Positions 1 to 9,476 of a stretch of DNA of 32,000 nucleotides are shown in pieces. Origin of the DNA: Candidatus Nanohalobium constans (GTDB lineage: Archaea > Nanohalarchaeota > Nanosalinia > Nanosalinales > Nanosalinaceae); the NCBI RefSeq assembly GCF_009617975.1, contig NZ_CP040089.1:30001-62000 (forward strand). Reading direction: 5' to 3'. A model generated the notes under the pieces. The model was not told the origin of the DNA, made no database searches, and worked only from the letters and a program-made list of their open reading frames with translations. Numbering within the stretch: position 1 is the stretch's first letter; each line of letters begins with the position of its first letter. The position numbers and the translations under genes were made by a program.

Positions 1-1618
1 CATCCACTATTTTCTCCGCCAATGTGTTTCCTGCGCTGATCCCGGTTGCGTACTGATAGACATAGTAGTTATAGTAGAAGTGCGGTATCCTCATCCACTC
101 CTTCTTAATCCTGTCATCTAATTCCAGGTTTGAATAATATCTGGACTTTAATTCTCCGTATTTCTGATCAGCTTTATCTGGAGTGATCGCATCTCCTTTT
201 TCAAGTTCTCTGTGTAGCCAATGCTCGAACTCAGAGAACATTGTCTGCCGGAACAGTGTACTTCGGAAGTTTTCCAATGCATGACTCAAAACATGCTTTC
301 TGAACTCTTCATCTTCAACAGTATCGAGCAGATGCCTTGTTAATAGTGCTTCATTGGTTGTGGAGGCAACTTCTGCCTGGAAGATGGTGTAGTCGCTGTA
401 GTGATATGGCTGGGAGCTGTTGGTGTGGTGGCTGTGCATTGAATGTCCTAGTTCGTGGATTAAAGTGTACATCGAGCTCATGTCGTTCTGATAGTTCATC
501 AGGGTGAACGGCCGGGAGTCGTAGCTACCTCCAGAGTATGCGCCGCTTCTTTTACCTTTGTTCTCATACACATCTACCCATCTTTCGTCTCCCAAAGCCT
601 CTCTAACCTTTTCGACATAATCTTTGCCTAGAGGCTGTAATGCTTCAAGCACATGATCTTTCGCTTCCTCAAAACTGATTTCAGGGCTTTCAGTCTCAGT
701 TACAGGCATATAGAGGTCGTAAGGAGTCAATTCTTCAAGTCCAAGGACTTTTTTCTTGAGCTCCGCATGCCTGTGTAGAAGATCGAGGTTATCTCTAACT
801 GTTTCAACCAGGTTATCGTAAACCTCTCCAGGGATATTATCAGGTTTCATGGCAGATTCTCTAGCTGAATCAAAGCCTCTGATCTCAGCCATCCGCACAT
901 TCTTCCTTATATTTTTCTGCAGGGTCGTTGTAATAGTGTTTCTATAGTTTCCGAAGGTGTCGTACATCTTCTCGTATGTTTCCTTCCGGAAATCTCTATC
1001 AGGATTCTGTTGGAACTTGGTGAAGTTGCTGGTCGTTAACTCTACTTCTTCGCCTGATGGTTTCTCAACCTTTGGGAATGTCAGATCGGCATTGGTAAAG
1101 GTAGAATAAGTCTCGTGCGGACTGTCTAGCACATCTCCAAGCCCTGCCAGCATTGATTCTTTATCAGCATCCAAGATATGTTCTTCCATGCGGAAGAGGT
1201 CCTCAAAGTAATGTTCAAATCTTTCAAGGCTTTCTTCCTCTTCAATAAACTGTTCTATCTTTTGTTTGCCGGCTTCAGCTATCTCTGGTCGTATAAATCC
1301 TGTTTTATTACTGATATCGGTACTTAAGGCATTCATATTTGCGACAAGTCTTTGAGCATCTTGATTTCTAGTGTCTTGGTCTTTTAACATGCTGGCAAAC
1401 CTGCTTAGATGCATCATTCGCCTTGAGATATCAAACTTCAACTCCAGAACTGCCGCCAGATTCTTGGCTGAACTTGTGACTTTGCCCTCATATTCCTCCA
1501 ATTTGCTTGCTTCTTCCTTGAGCTCTTCTGCTTCTCTCTCTGCTTCCTCTATTGAGGAAAACATGCTTTTGATGTCCCATTTGTATCTTTCTTCTATCTC
1601 ATTTCTTTCTTTAACCAT
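1..1618 (-). CDS. pepF: Oligoendopeptidase F (M3B metallopeptidase), C-terminus runs off the window
   Basis: My minus-strand translation from the ATG at 1618-1616 gives MVKERNEIEERYKWDIKSMF..., a typical PepF N-terminus. An in-frame zinc motif HELGHSMHSHH starts at the codon at 457 (aa 388). A GGAGAT SD lies 5 nt upstream. It is missing from the ORF track only because there is no stop inside the window. Confidence 0.85.
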   Translation of the reverse strand, partial: MVKERNEIEERYKWDIKSMFSSIEEAEREAEELKEEASKLEEYEGKVTSSAKNLAAVLELKFDISRRMMHLSRFASMLKDQDTRNQDAQRLVANMNALSTDISNKTGFIRPEIAEAGKQKIEQFIEEEESLERFEHYFEDLFRMEEHILDADKESMLAGLGDVLDSPHETYSTFTNADLTFPKVEKPSGEEVELTTSNFTKFQQNPDRDFRKETYEKMYDTFGNYRNTITTTLQKNIRKNVRMAEIRGFDSARESAMKPDNIPGEVYDNLVETVRDNLDLLHRHAELKKKVLGLEELTPYDLYMPVTETESPEISFEEAKDHVLEALQPLGKDYVEKVREALGDERWVDVYENKGKRSGAYSGGSYDSRPFTLMNYQNDMSSMYTLIHELGHSMHSHHTNSSQPYHYSDYTIFQAEVASTTNEALLTRHLLDTVEDEEFRKHVLSHALENFRSTLFRQTMFSEFEHWLHRELEKGDAITPDKADQKYGELKSRYYSNLELDDRIKKEWMRIPHFYYNYYVYQYATGISAGNTLAEKIVD

Positions 1619-1630
1619 TGCTTGATCTCC

Positions 1631-2668
1631 TCAGAAGTACTCCTCGAAGTTAGAAAATGTTTTATCCAGGAATTCTACTGCTTCCTCGGCATCAGACATC
1701 TTCAACACTTCTATGGCAGTGTGTAGGTGCCTGGTTGGTATAACTACTACGCCTGTCGGTATGCCTGAGTTACTGGTGTTGATGTGTCCGGCGTTGGTTA
1801 CTCCTTTGTTGTAGAGCTTTCTGTGGTAGTTGAAATCGTCTTCTGCATTTTCTATCAGCCAGTTCCGTACCTTTTCCGGTGTTATCACTCCTCTGCCGCT
1901 TGCTTCTATCATGGTTATGCCGAATCCGTCTCCGGTAAATTCGTCGGATTCATCCAGATCCATGTTCGGTGTGTCGCCTGCTCTGGCTGTTTCCAGCACT
2001 ATGGCGGCGTCAGGATTGATGTTTCGGCTTGATATCTTGGCGCCTTTCCTTCCTACTTCTTCCTGAGCTGAGAAAACAGCTACCAGTTCATAGTCTTCGT
2101 CAAAGTCGTTGAAGGCTTTGATAGCCATCGCGCATCCTATGCGGTTATCCATGGCTGGGCCTGTGACATATCCGTTAATCATCTCTTTGAAGTCTCTGTC
2201 GAATGTGATGTAGTCTCCGACACGAACTCCTCTATCTTTCAAGTCTTCTCTGTCTTCGGCTCCTACATCGACGAAAGCTTTCTCCATCTGTGGTAGGTCT
2301 CCTTCCCCGGGACCATCTACTAGGTGGGAAGGTTTAGCCCCTATAACGCCTGTCAGGTTCTCGCCTTCAGAGGTATGAACAATCACTCTTTGGTTTACAA
2401 GTGAGATGGGGTAAGCTCCTCCGATTTTGGAGATTCGGATAAATCCATCTTCCGTGATTCGTCTGACGCCCATGCCAATTTGGTCCATGTGTGCGTCTAT
2501 CATCAAGGTTTTGTCGCCGCTCCCCTTCCGTGCGATCAGGTTACCGAAGTTATCCGTCTCGATAGAATCTGCTTCATCCTCTATCTTTTCAGAAATTAGT
2601 TCTCTTACTTTTTCTTCTTTGCCGGATACTCCGGGTGTTTCAACTAGTTCTTTAAGCAGTTGTTTCAT
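1631..2668 (-). CDS. M42 family (TET/FrvX-type) aminopeptidase
   Basis: 345-aa ORF carrying the M42 metal-ligand motifs DAHMDQIG, DNRIGCA and QEEVG. It sits in tandem directly upstream of pepF. Confidence 0.85.
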   Translation of the reverse strand: MKQLLKELVETPGVSGKEEKVRELISEKIEDEADSIETDNFGNLIARKGSGDKTLMIDAHMDQIGMGVRRITEDGFIRISKIGGAYPISLVNQRVIVHTSEGENLTGVIGAKPSHLVDGPGEGDLPQMEKAFVDVGAEDREDLKDRGVRVGDYITFDRDFKEMINGYVTGPAMDNRIGCAMAIKAFNDFDEDYELVAVFSAQEEVGRKGAKISSRNINPDAAIVLETARAGDTPNMDLDESDEFTGDGFGITMIEASGRGVITPEKVRNWLIENAEDDFNYHRKLYNKGVTNAGHINTSNSGIPTGVVVIPTRHLHTAIEVLKMSDAEEAVEFLDKTFSNFEEYF

Positions 2669-2715
2669 AGCTGAGAATACGACTTTGAAACTTTAAACGC
2701 TAACCATACCTCAAC

Positions 2716-3102
2716 ATGTACATGCTCCGATACATCCTGATAACAGTATTACTTCTTCCATTCATTGACTTCTACATACTCGTAGAAGTAGCCGGAAGCA
2801 TCGGAATACTGAAAACACTACTGATTAGTATAGTTACAGGATTGATAGGAGCAGAACTAGTGCGTAGAGAAGGAAGACATGTATTCCAAAAACTACAGAG
2901 AAGCGTAACAGGAGGAGAAATCACCAGAAACTTCATGGAAGGATTTATCTTGGTTCTAGCAGGTTTGATGCTTCTAAGCCCAGGATTCGTAACAGATATA
3001 CTCGGAGCAGTTATAGCAGTAAGACCCGTCAGAGAAAGACTGGTCGCAAAACTAATGAACAGCAAAAACACGGCATTTGAAGTAGAATTCCAGAGATTCT
3101 AA
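2716..3102 (+). CDS. fxsA: FxsA family membrane protein
   Basis: 128-aa ORF with the N-terminal pattern LLPFIDFYILVEVAGSIG...GAELVRREG and a hydrophobic segment layout typical of FxsA/UPF0716. Confidence 0.7.
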   Translation: MYMLRYILITVLLLPFIDFYILVEVAGSIGILKTLLISIVTGLIGAELVRREGRHVFQKLQRSVTGGEITRNFMEGFILVLAGLMLLSPGFVTDILGAVIAVRPVRERLVAKLMNSKNTAFEVEFQRF

Positions 3103-3803
3103 TTTCTCAATGAGAGTATGACTGAGGCGGTCAGGACAGCTAACCCTGCCTCAGAAGGAACACTGAACCCAAATAAAGAAGCAGAAATCAATCCAAGAAC
3201 CAGAACACCGCCCTTTCTAACAGTATCAACATTAATCCTGTCCTCAAGCCCTGCAAGCAAATACAATCCTCCGCAAGCAACTCCAACAGTTGCCAAAGCA
3301 GGCAGCAGATATTCTGTTGTCGCTTGAATGCTTGAAGGAGACTTTACAGATAAAAGCAAGCCTGTAATGATTACAGCCGGTACTGAAAAACCTTCCACAA
3401 AATCAATATCAGCTATCTGCAAAGCAATAACCAGTATAGCCAATCCTGTAGCATACTGAAGTCTCTGAACATGGAACAACTGGCTGAAAATAGGGGCTAA
3501 GACTCCGACAACACCTCCAGCTAATATTAGATAAGGTGCCACTTTCTTCACCATACTTCTAGCTTCCCTGGTTGTCTCAGCTTCGGAATACAGGACAGCT
3601 AACGCTCCAGCACCAGCGAAAACAGTGAAAGCAACATTCAAAATACTGGTAAAGGACTGAAGATAGCCAGAGACAAGCATTGTGGCGAAAACACCGTCAA
3701 CCAGCGGAAGCATCAATATATAGGCGAGTTGCCGCGTCTTCTCATCAAATTCCAGCACATGCCATGGGGCGCCATCAGTTAACTGATCCAGAACCATACA
3801 CAA
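3099..3803 (-). CDS. Multi-pass integral membrane protein, function unknown
   Basis: 234-aa ORF with about 6 hydrophobic segments. Its stop overlaps the fxsA stop (CTAA). I cannot assign a family from sequence alone. Confidence 0.6.
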   Translation of the reverse strand: MCMVLDQLTDGAPWHVLEFDEKTRQLAYILMLPLVDGVFATMLVSGYLQSFTSILNVAFTVFAGAGALAVLYSEAETTREARSMVKKVAPYLILAGGVVGVLAPIFSQLFHVQRLQYATGLAILVIALQIADIDFVEGFSVPAVIITGLLLSVKSPSSIQATTEYLLPALATVGVACGGLYLLAGLEDRINVDTVRKGGVLVLGLISASLFGFSVPSEAGLAVLTASVILSLRN

Positions 3804-3949
3804 AACCTTTAGTTAGCGGTTCTGGGGCGTCTATTTCCAATTAAACTTTGCCCCAAACTTAAACTTAGAAACAGCAGCGACTCTCAAAACCTCAATACTA
3901 GTTGAAAAATCGGTCGCTGCAGACATACCAAAGGATATGCATAGCAGAT

Positions 3950-3957
3950 TTTAAGTA
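3950..3957 (+). promoter_or_regulatory. TATA-box-like element for the tRNA-Thr gene
   Basis: TTTAAGTA is centred about 27 nt upstream of tRNA position 1 (3981), the canonical archaeal TATA spacing. Confidence 0.45.
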
Positions 3958-3980
3958 TTTTCTTCTAAATCATCACATAG

Positions 3981-4133
3981 GCCTCGATGGCTCAGCTTGG
4001 CTAGAGCGGTCCCCTCGTAGCGACTCCTAACGCAGAGCTCGACATGCGTTGAACCATTCAAAAAATGGCTCTCAGAAAAATTGACAAAAAGCGAGTGAGG
4101 GACAGGTCCCGGGTTCAAATCCCGGTCGGGGCT
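3981..4133 (+). tRNA. tRNA-Thr(CGU) interrupted by a 78-nt intron at the canonical 37/38 position
   Basis: Hand-folded cloverleaf. Acceptor stem GCCTCGA/TCGGGGC (one G-U pair); U8; D stem GCTC/GAGC with GG in the loop. Anticodon stem GTCCC (4009-4013)/GGGAC (4099-4103); loop CT-CGT-A with U33 and A37. Variable loop AGGTC; T arm CCGGG-TTCAAAT-CCCGG; discriminator U; no encoded CCA. Confidence 0.9.
4020..4097 (+). other. Archaeal tRNA intron with bulge-helix-bulge splice motif
   Basis: A central 4-bp helix CTCG (4014-4017)/CGAG (4092-4095) is flanked by 3-nt bulges TA|G and TG|A, which places both cleavage sites after the second bulge nucleotide. Internal hairpins are AACGCA...TGCGTT and CCATT...AATGG. 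Confidence 0.75.
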
Positions 4134-4190
4134 TATTTTCTGGTCTTCTGTTTGCCTCTTTTTTATTTGAGGATATTATATTGTTTTGTT

Positions 4191-4823
4191 ATGAATCCTG
4201 AACGGTTGAAGGAAGGTGAGAGAAAGGTCCATAAAGAGATTAGTGAGTTGGCTAATGTTTCTAGAAGGGATAGTGAGTTGAACTATTATTTTGCATCTGT
4301 TTTAGAGGAGGTTCTAGAAGCTGTAAGTAAGATTGAACAAGATGCCGAACATTCTTCAAATAGACGGGAGGCGAAGATAGTCGAAGGTTTTGAACGAGGT
4401 CTTGACCAGGTCACGCAGGTTATTGATGAGGGTCTTTCTACTAAGCGTACGGTTGACTTGCTTACTGCTTGTAATGATTTAGATGAAAGGCATAGGGGCT
4501 GGCAGAGAGATATTTCGCCGAATCAGATCTTGAGTTTTGTGGATCAGGATTCGGGCGCTCAGAGAGGCGAAGTGTCCGATAAATTGAAGGAGTTAAATAG
4601 TGTAAATTTCTTGAATGTGTTTAACGAACCTGAGCCTGCTGAATCGGTTTGTGAATCTGTCAGGGTGTGGGTGCGTGATACAGGAGCAGATTTTGATGAC
4701 GGTGATTATTGCCCTGATGCAGTGAACTTCTTAGGATTGGTTCTTCTGCAGTCAGTTGAAGATTTGATGGATGAAGATAAACAACCTTATGCGAACAGGA
4801 GATTGCAGCAATCCGTTTACTAG
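4191..4823 (+). CDS. Hypothetical acidic protein
   Basis: The track ORF starts at 4065 but its first 42 codons overlap the tRNA. The first ATG clear of the tRNA is 4191 ([10 protein letters not shown]...). No recognisable motifs. Confidence 0.55.
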   Translation: MNPERLKEGERKVHKEISELANVSRRDSELNYYFASVLEEVLEAVSKIEQDAEHSSNRREAKIVEGFERGLDQVTQVIDEGLSTKRTVDLLTACNDLDERHRGWQRDISPNQILSFVDQDSGAQRGEVSDKLKELNSVNFLNVFNEPEPAESVCESVRVWVRDTGADFDDGDYCPDAVNFLGLVLLQSVEDLMDEDKQPYANRRLQQSVY

Positions 4824-5890
4824 ATAAAGTCCTTCACGGTTTCAAAGAAGTTCTTCTTCTGTTCTGGTTCTTTAGTTAACTCTTCTACTTTTTCGTCTCC
4901 TTCTGAGTTTACAGGTATTTCTACATCGATTTTGATATATAGGTCGCCGTTTCCTCGTCGTCCGGGCATGCCTTTTCCTCTGACTCGGAGTACTTGTCCT
5001 GGTTGTGTTCCAGCAGGAACATCTACTTTCAACTTACCCTCCGGGTGTTCTATCTTGGCTTCTGTTCCTGTTGCTGCGTCTCCTACTCCGACTTTCAGGG
5101 TTGTAAAGAGGTCGTTATCTCTGCGTTCGATCTTTGAGTGTGTCTTGACTTTGACCACGAGATATAGGTCTCCGTTCCTGCCTTTCCGGCTTTCGTGACC
5201 TTTGCCGTTCAGTTTCAGTCTCTGACCGTCTCGTACTCCTGCAGGAATATCGACTGTTATTGTCTCGGTTTGATCTGTTAGACCGTCTCCGTTACATTCT
5301 GAGCATTTTTCTTCCGGCACTTCGCCTGTGCCGTTGCATTTTGGACATTCTTGTACTGTTTGTGTCCGGCCGAAGATGCTTTGCTCAATTTTTCGGACTC
5401 TGCCCTGCCCGTTACACTCCGCACATGTATTAGTCTCTCCGGTTTCCGAACCGTTTCCACCGCAGTCTGAGCACTGTTGTTTCCTCTCTACTTCGAAGGT
5501 CTTCTCAACTCCGTTGTACGCATCTTCTAGGGTCACTGTTGTGGACATCTTCATGTCCTGGCCACGAGATCTCCTTCTTCGCTGACCTCCTCTTCCCCCT
5601 CCACCGAAAATTTCCTCGAAAAGATCCTGGAAATTGGATGCGGCCTGGCGCTGACCTCTACCAGCATGACCTTCTACGCCTTGCTTACCAAACTGATCGT
5701 ATTTCTTCCTCTTATCCTCGTCAGAAAGAACATCGTACGCCTTGTTAATTTTCTTGAACTTCTCCTCATCAGCCTCATCGCCGTTACTATCAGGATGATA
5801 TTTCTTCGCCTTCTTTCTGTATGCTTTCTTGATTTCTTCCTGACTTGCGTCTTCTGAGACTCCTAGAAGTTCGTAGTATTCTTTGGGCAT
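4820..5890 (-). CDS. dnaJ: Molecular chaperone DnaJ (Hsp40, type I)
   Basis: J domain YYELLGV...KKYHPD, a Gly/Arg-rich linker, and four CxxCxGxG zinc-finger repeats ([32 protein letters not shown]). Confidence 0.95.
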   Translation of the reverse strand: MPKEYYELLGVSEDASQEEIKKAYRKKAKKYHPDSNGDEADEEKFKKINKAYDVLSDEDKRKKYDQFGKQGVEGHAGRGQRQAASNFQDLFEEIFGGGGRGGQRRRRSRGQDMKMSTTVTLEDAYNGVEKTFEVERKQQCSDCGGNGSETGETNTCAECNGQGRVRKIEQSIFGRTQTVQECPKCNGTGEVPEEKCSECNGDGLTDQTETITVDIPAGVRDGQRLKLNGKGHESRKGRNGDLYLVVKVKTHSKIERRDNDLFTTLKVGVGDAATGTEAKIEHPEGKLKVDVPAGTQPGQVLRVRGKGMPGRRGNGDLYIKIDVEIPVNSEGDEKVEELTKEPEQKKNFFETVKDFI

Positions 5891-5987
5891 CCCTTGTTTT
5901 ATTGTCGTGTATAAAAATTTTTAAGACAGGTTTAATTTTATGGCAATCAACCAAACATTTATAATTGTTACTTATCAATAACAACAT

Positions 5988-6599
5988 ATGAAAGAAAACT
6001 ACTCAATTTTGGAAGACGACTCTGCAGCATATGAAAACGGAGATCAAATCGTCATAGCTGATGGCGGAGATCCAGAGGCTGAGGATTTTGATGATTCCAA
6101 TTTTTATGAAGTGCCTGGAACTGAAACTGTAGACGGAAAAGTTGTAGTAAGCGATCAAAATGTTGTTGAATTTGCTCAATCAATGAGTGATGCTCTCTAC
6201 GACTTTGATCCAAGAGGTGGTTTTAAGTCAGGTTTCTACAATGATGATAATTTCAATCAGACGATTAGAGATGCAATCCCTGGTTCAGAAAGCAACTATG
6301 ATGAGAAAGCATCAGTGGCCGCAGAAATAGGACTTGCTCTCGCTGGGGTCAAGCATGATAAGTTAGGACCAGATACACCGGGATCGCCGGACTATGAGGG
6401 GCTTATGTGGGATGCCGTTTCAAATATTCCGGAATTAAACCAGTACAAAGATGAAGAAGAGAAGGCAGAATATGTAACTATTGGTAAAGAAGCTGCTGAG
6501 AACTTCGATCAGGTACTTGAATCTCCTCACTCTGAATTTGAAGAAGGAGATTTTGAATTAGAAGAGGAATCTGGCCTGTTTGAAAGAATTTTAGGTTAA
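5988..6599 (+). CDS. Hypothetical highly acidic protein
   Basis: 203-aa ORF between dnaJ and dnaK on the opposite strand. A TTTATAA box lies about 27 nt upstream of the ATG. No recognisable motifs. Confidence 0.55.
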   Translation: MKENYSILEDDSAAYENGDQIVIADGGDPEAEDFDDSNFYEVPGTETVDGKVVVSDQNVVEFAQSMSDALYDFDPRGGFKSGFYNDDNFNQTIRDAIPGSESNYDEKASVAAEIGLALAGVKHDKLGPDTPGSPDYEGLMWDAVSNIPELNQYKDEEEKAEYVTIGKEAAENFDQVLESPHSEFEEGDFELEEESGLFERILG

Positions 6600-6615
6600 T
6601 TCCCCATTTTCTTTC

Positions 6616-6647
6616 CTTATTTTATTCATTAAGAAATGAGAAATAAG
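6616..6647. terminator. AT-rich hairpin between convergent genes (candidate bidirectional terminator)
   Basis: CTTATTT/AAATAAG outer stem (7 bp) and TCATT/AATGA inner stem (5 bp) with an AAGA loop, embedded in T-rich sequence between the stops at 6599 (+) and 6676 (-). Confidence 0.35.
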
Positions 6648-6675
6648 AAGTAAGTAGAGATTGTACTGGGAAAAC

Positions 6676-8592
6676 CTATTTTTCTCCCTCTTCGTCTACT
6701 TCTTCATAGTCTGCGTCGACTACTTCATCATCTCCTGTAGGATTTCCAGCTCCACCGCCCATGTTCTGGGCTGCTTGTCTAACTTCTTCTTCACTCATGT
6801 TTGATGGGTCGAATCCGCCCATTCCGCCTGGTCCGCCTTGCTGCCCATCATACATTTCCTGTCCAATCTCCTGAAGTTCTTTTTCCAGGTCTTCGATCGC
6901 CGAGTCAATATGTTCCGACGCTTCTTCTAGGTCGTCCATCTCTTCTGCTTCTTCTTTAGCCTCTCTTACTTCTTCGATTGCGTCTTCGATGGATTCTATC
7001 ACTTCTTCGTTGACTTGGTCTTCGAAGTTATCCATCTGGGTTTCTGCCTGTGAAGTCATCTGGTCTGCTTTGTTCTTGGTCTCGATGAACTCTCTCTTCA
7101 GTTCGTCTTCTTCCTCGTGTTTCTCTGCTTCTTCTTTCATCTCTTCGATTTCGTCTTCGTCAAGTCTTGATGTGTCGTCAATGGAGATTGATGCTTCTTC
7201 TCCACTCTGTTGTTCTTTTGCTGATACATTAAGTATGCCGTCGGCGTCGATTTCGAATGTTACTTCGATTTGTGGCTGTCCTGCTGGTGCTGGAGGAAGT
7301 CCCTGAAGGTTGAACTGTCCCAGAGACTTGTTGTCCTGCGCCATCTCTCTTTCTCCCTGTAGAACATGGACAGTTACTGTAGACTGGTTGTTCTGGGCTG
7401 TGGTGAAAGTCTTGGATTCTTCTGCAGGGATGGTGGTGTTTTTCTCGATTAGTGTTTCTGTTAGGCCTCCTTTGACTTCTACTCCGAGGCTGAGAGGTGC
7501 TACATCTAGTAGTAGCAGGTCGTCCATTTCTCCGGAGATGCTTCCTGCCTGGATTGCTGCGCCCTGTGCGACTGCTTCAGCAGGATTGACTGACTGGTCG
7601 GGCTGCATTCCGGTGATTGCTTGGACATGTTCTCTGACTGCAGGCACTCTAGTTGTTCCTCCGACTAGAATCACATCGTCGATTTCTCCCTTGCTGATTC
7701 CCGCATCCTCGATGGCGGTCTCAGTAGGCTGAGTGGTTCTTTGAACTAGACTTTCTACCAGGTCTTCGAACTTGCTTCTTGTTAGTTCGTAGTCTACATT
7801 GTATGTTTCGCCGTCTTCCTGGTGAATGAAGGGAATGTTGATAGTTGTCTGTTTTCTGCTGGATAGTTCTTTCTTGGCTTCTTCTGCGTTCTCTCTAATT
7901 CTCTGCATAGCTTCGTCTTCATCTGACAGGTCGATTCCATTCTCTTCCTTGAACTTCTCGACAACCCAGTCAATTATTTCCTGGTCGAAGTCGTCGCCAC
8001 CTAGGTCGTTGTCTCCTTCGGTGGATTGTACTTCGTAGATTCCGTCTCCCATCTCTAGGACTGTTACATCGAAGGTTCCTCCTCCGAAGTCGTATACAAG
8101 CACTGTTTTCTCGCTTTCGTCGTCTAATCCATATGCTAGTGCGGCTGCAGTTGGTTCGTTAAGTATTCTCTCTACTTCAAGCCCTGCGATCTCTCCTGCG
8201 TCCTTGGTTGCTTGTCTTTGTGCGTCGTTGAAGTGTGCTGGTACTGTTATGACTGCTTTCTCGACATCGTCTCCGAGTTTGTCTTCGGCATCGTTTTTCA
8301 GTTTCTGTAGAATCATGGAGGAGATCTGCTGTGGTGTGTAGTCGTCTCCATCCAATGTGACTTCGTAGTCGGCACCCATGTGTCTTTTGATGGATTTGAC
8401 TGTGTTTTCTTCGTTTGTCAATAGCTGGTTTTTTGCTGGTTTTCCGACGAGTCTTTCTCCGTCGTCGAATCCTACTATGGAGGGTGTTACTCTTTCTCCT
8501 TCACTGTTTTCCAGCATTTTTGGTTCGCCATCCTCTACGGATGCTACTGCGCTTCTTGTTGTACCGAGATCAATTCCAACTATCTTAGCCAT
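6676..8592 (-). CDS. dnaK: Molecular chaperone DnaK (Hsp70)
   Basis: [25 protein letters not shown] and [13 protein letters not shown] signatures plus an acidic C-terminal tail. A GGTGA SD lies 10 nt upstream of the ATG. Confidence 0.97.
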   Translation of the reverse strand: MAKIVGIDLGTTRSAVASVEDGEPKMLENSEGERVTPSIVGFDDGERLVGKPAKNQLLTNEENTVKSIKRHMGADYEVTLDGDDYTPQQISSMILQKLKNDAEDKLGDDVEKAVITVPAHFNDAQRQATKDAGEIAGLEVERILNEPTAAALAYGLDDESEKTVLVYDFGGGTFDVTVLEMGDGIYEVQSTEGDNDLGGDDFDQEIIDWVVEKFKEENGIDLSDEDEAMQRIRENAEEAKKELSSRKQTTINIPFIHQEDGETYNVDYELTRSKFEDLVESLVQRTTQPTETAIEDAGISKGEIDDVILVGGTTRVPAVREHVQAITGMQPDQSVNPAEAVAQGAAIQAGSISGEMDDLLLLDVAPLSLGVEVKGGLTETLIEKNTTIPAEESKTFTTAQNNQSTVTVHVLQGEREMAQDNKSLGQFNLQGLPPAPAGQPQIEVTFEIDADGILNVSAKEQQSGEEASISIDDTSRLDEDEIEEMKEEAEKHEEEDELKREFIETKNKADQMTSQAETQMDNFEDQVNEEVIESIEDAIEEVREAKEEAEEMDDLEEASEHIDSAIEDLEKELQEIGQEMYDGQQGGPGGMGGFDPSNMSEEEVRQAAQNMGGGAGNPTGDDEVVDADYEEVDEEGEK

Positions 8593-8712
8593 TTTTTTGT
8601 TTTCACCTATACTACATTTTTGTTGAGGTGATTAAAAATTTTTAAACTGAAAGGATGGGTGTCTGAGGCACGAGTTTTCTAGGTTTTTATTGTTGTCTAG
8701 GTATTGTTTGTT

Positions 8713-9441
8713 ATGACTCATGAGGAAATAAATGGCTCTCAATGGTCTTTGAGTGTCGATTTTAGGAGAGCTATGGATGACCATTTTAGGAAGCTCTTTG
8801 AGGACGCAGCCCGCAGTGATGGAGTCAACCCAAGTGATTATGGGAGGGGTTCATGTTTTAGATCTGCCCACAATTCTCGCGGTTTTGAAAGCGTGGTTCA
8901 GGCTGCTTCGGAGGTTCTTCATGGTGGTGTGGGCGTGGACCACAGCTTGTCTGAAGGTTATAAAAACGGACTGCCGTCCGTGGTTGATTTGGGTTCTGGG
9001 ATAGGTTCTGTTGTCTTTGCTTTCGCTGAGCTTGGCTGTGATGCTAAAGGCATTGAAAGAGATGATTTGTTGCATAAAAGAGCTATTGAAGCTTATAATG
9101 AGATTTCTGAAGGAGACGATATGTGTCTTGTGGGAGACGTCACTCTTGTTAAGGGTGATGTGCTGGAGGAAGGATCTTCTTGTCTTTCTAAGTATGATAT
9201 GGCGGTTGCTAATCTTCCTTATAGTAGTGAACACTCTCTCGATGCTATTGATGTTTTTGAAATACTTGACGGCTTAGAACACTCTGAGAGACCTGATTAT
9301 CTGCTTATGATAGACGGAGGAGGAATTCCCGAAGAGCTTAACTATAATACTGTTGAATTAAATCATAGCTATGTTCCTGTTCTCTGGGAGAAGCAGGAAA
9401 TGATTTATGATACTGATCCACAACTGAGACAAATAGCTTGA
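8713..9441 (+). CDS. Class I SAM-dependent methyltransferase (amino-methylating type, NLPY motif)
   Basis: Motif I VVDLGSGIGSV and motif IV VANLPYSS (the N[LP]PY type seen in KsgA/Erm/HemK-like enzymes). I chose the ATG at 8713 over the TTG at 8704. Confidence 0.7.
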   Translation: MTHEEINGSQWSLSVDFRRAMDDHFRKLFEDAARSDGVNPSDYGRGSCFRSAHNSRGFESVVQAASEVLHGGVGVDHSLSEGYKNGLPSVVDLGSGIGSVVFAFAELGCDAKGIERDDLLHKRAIEAYNEISEGDDMCLVGDVTLVKGDVLEEGSSCLSKYDMAVANLPYSSEHSLDAIDVFEILDGLEHSERPDYLLMIDGGGIPEELNYNTVELNHSYVPVLWEKQEMIYDTDPQLRQIA

Positions 9442-9476
9442 TTTATGTTAGCTCAGGGGCCTGGTAGTTTAGTATT

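Noticed and set aside
3880-3925. Inverted repeat GCAGCGAC...GTCGCTGC upstream of the tRNA gene.
   Set aside because: It is only an 8-bp stem with a ~30-nt loop in a promoter-proximal spacer. There are no flanking features suggesting a mobile-element end or an attachment site. It is noted only as a possible terminator for the upstream minus-strand gene region.
4065-4190. N-terminal 42 codons of the 252-aa track ORF (4065..4823).
   Set aside because: They start inside the tRNA-Thr intron and run through the tRNA 3' exon. The translated sequence (…RVQIPVGAYFLVFCLPLFYL) is what reading through a T-arm and a T-rich terminator would give. The start was moved to 4191.
6989-8626. Several 70-140-aa plus-strand ORFs antisense to dnaK (6989, 7310, 7826, 8378). 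Similar antisense ORFs occur in pepF, the M42 gene, dnaJ, polB (including 17020..17694, 224 aa), E1/E2/E3, acd and malic enzyme.
   Set aside because: They lie wholly inside well-supported genes. Their Ser/Leu/Phe-rich low-complexity translations are what the reverse complement of GAA/GAG/GAT-rich acidic genes gives. They lack SD or TATA context.
9442-9476. GCTCAGGGGCCTGGTAG between the methyltransferase and grpE looked like a tRNA D-arm fragment.
   Set aside because: The gap is only 35 nt, with no acceptor, anticodon or T arm, so it is too short to be a tRNA or a recognisable tRNA remnant.
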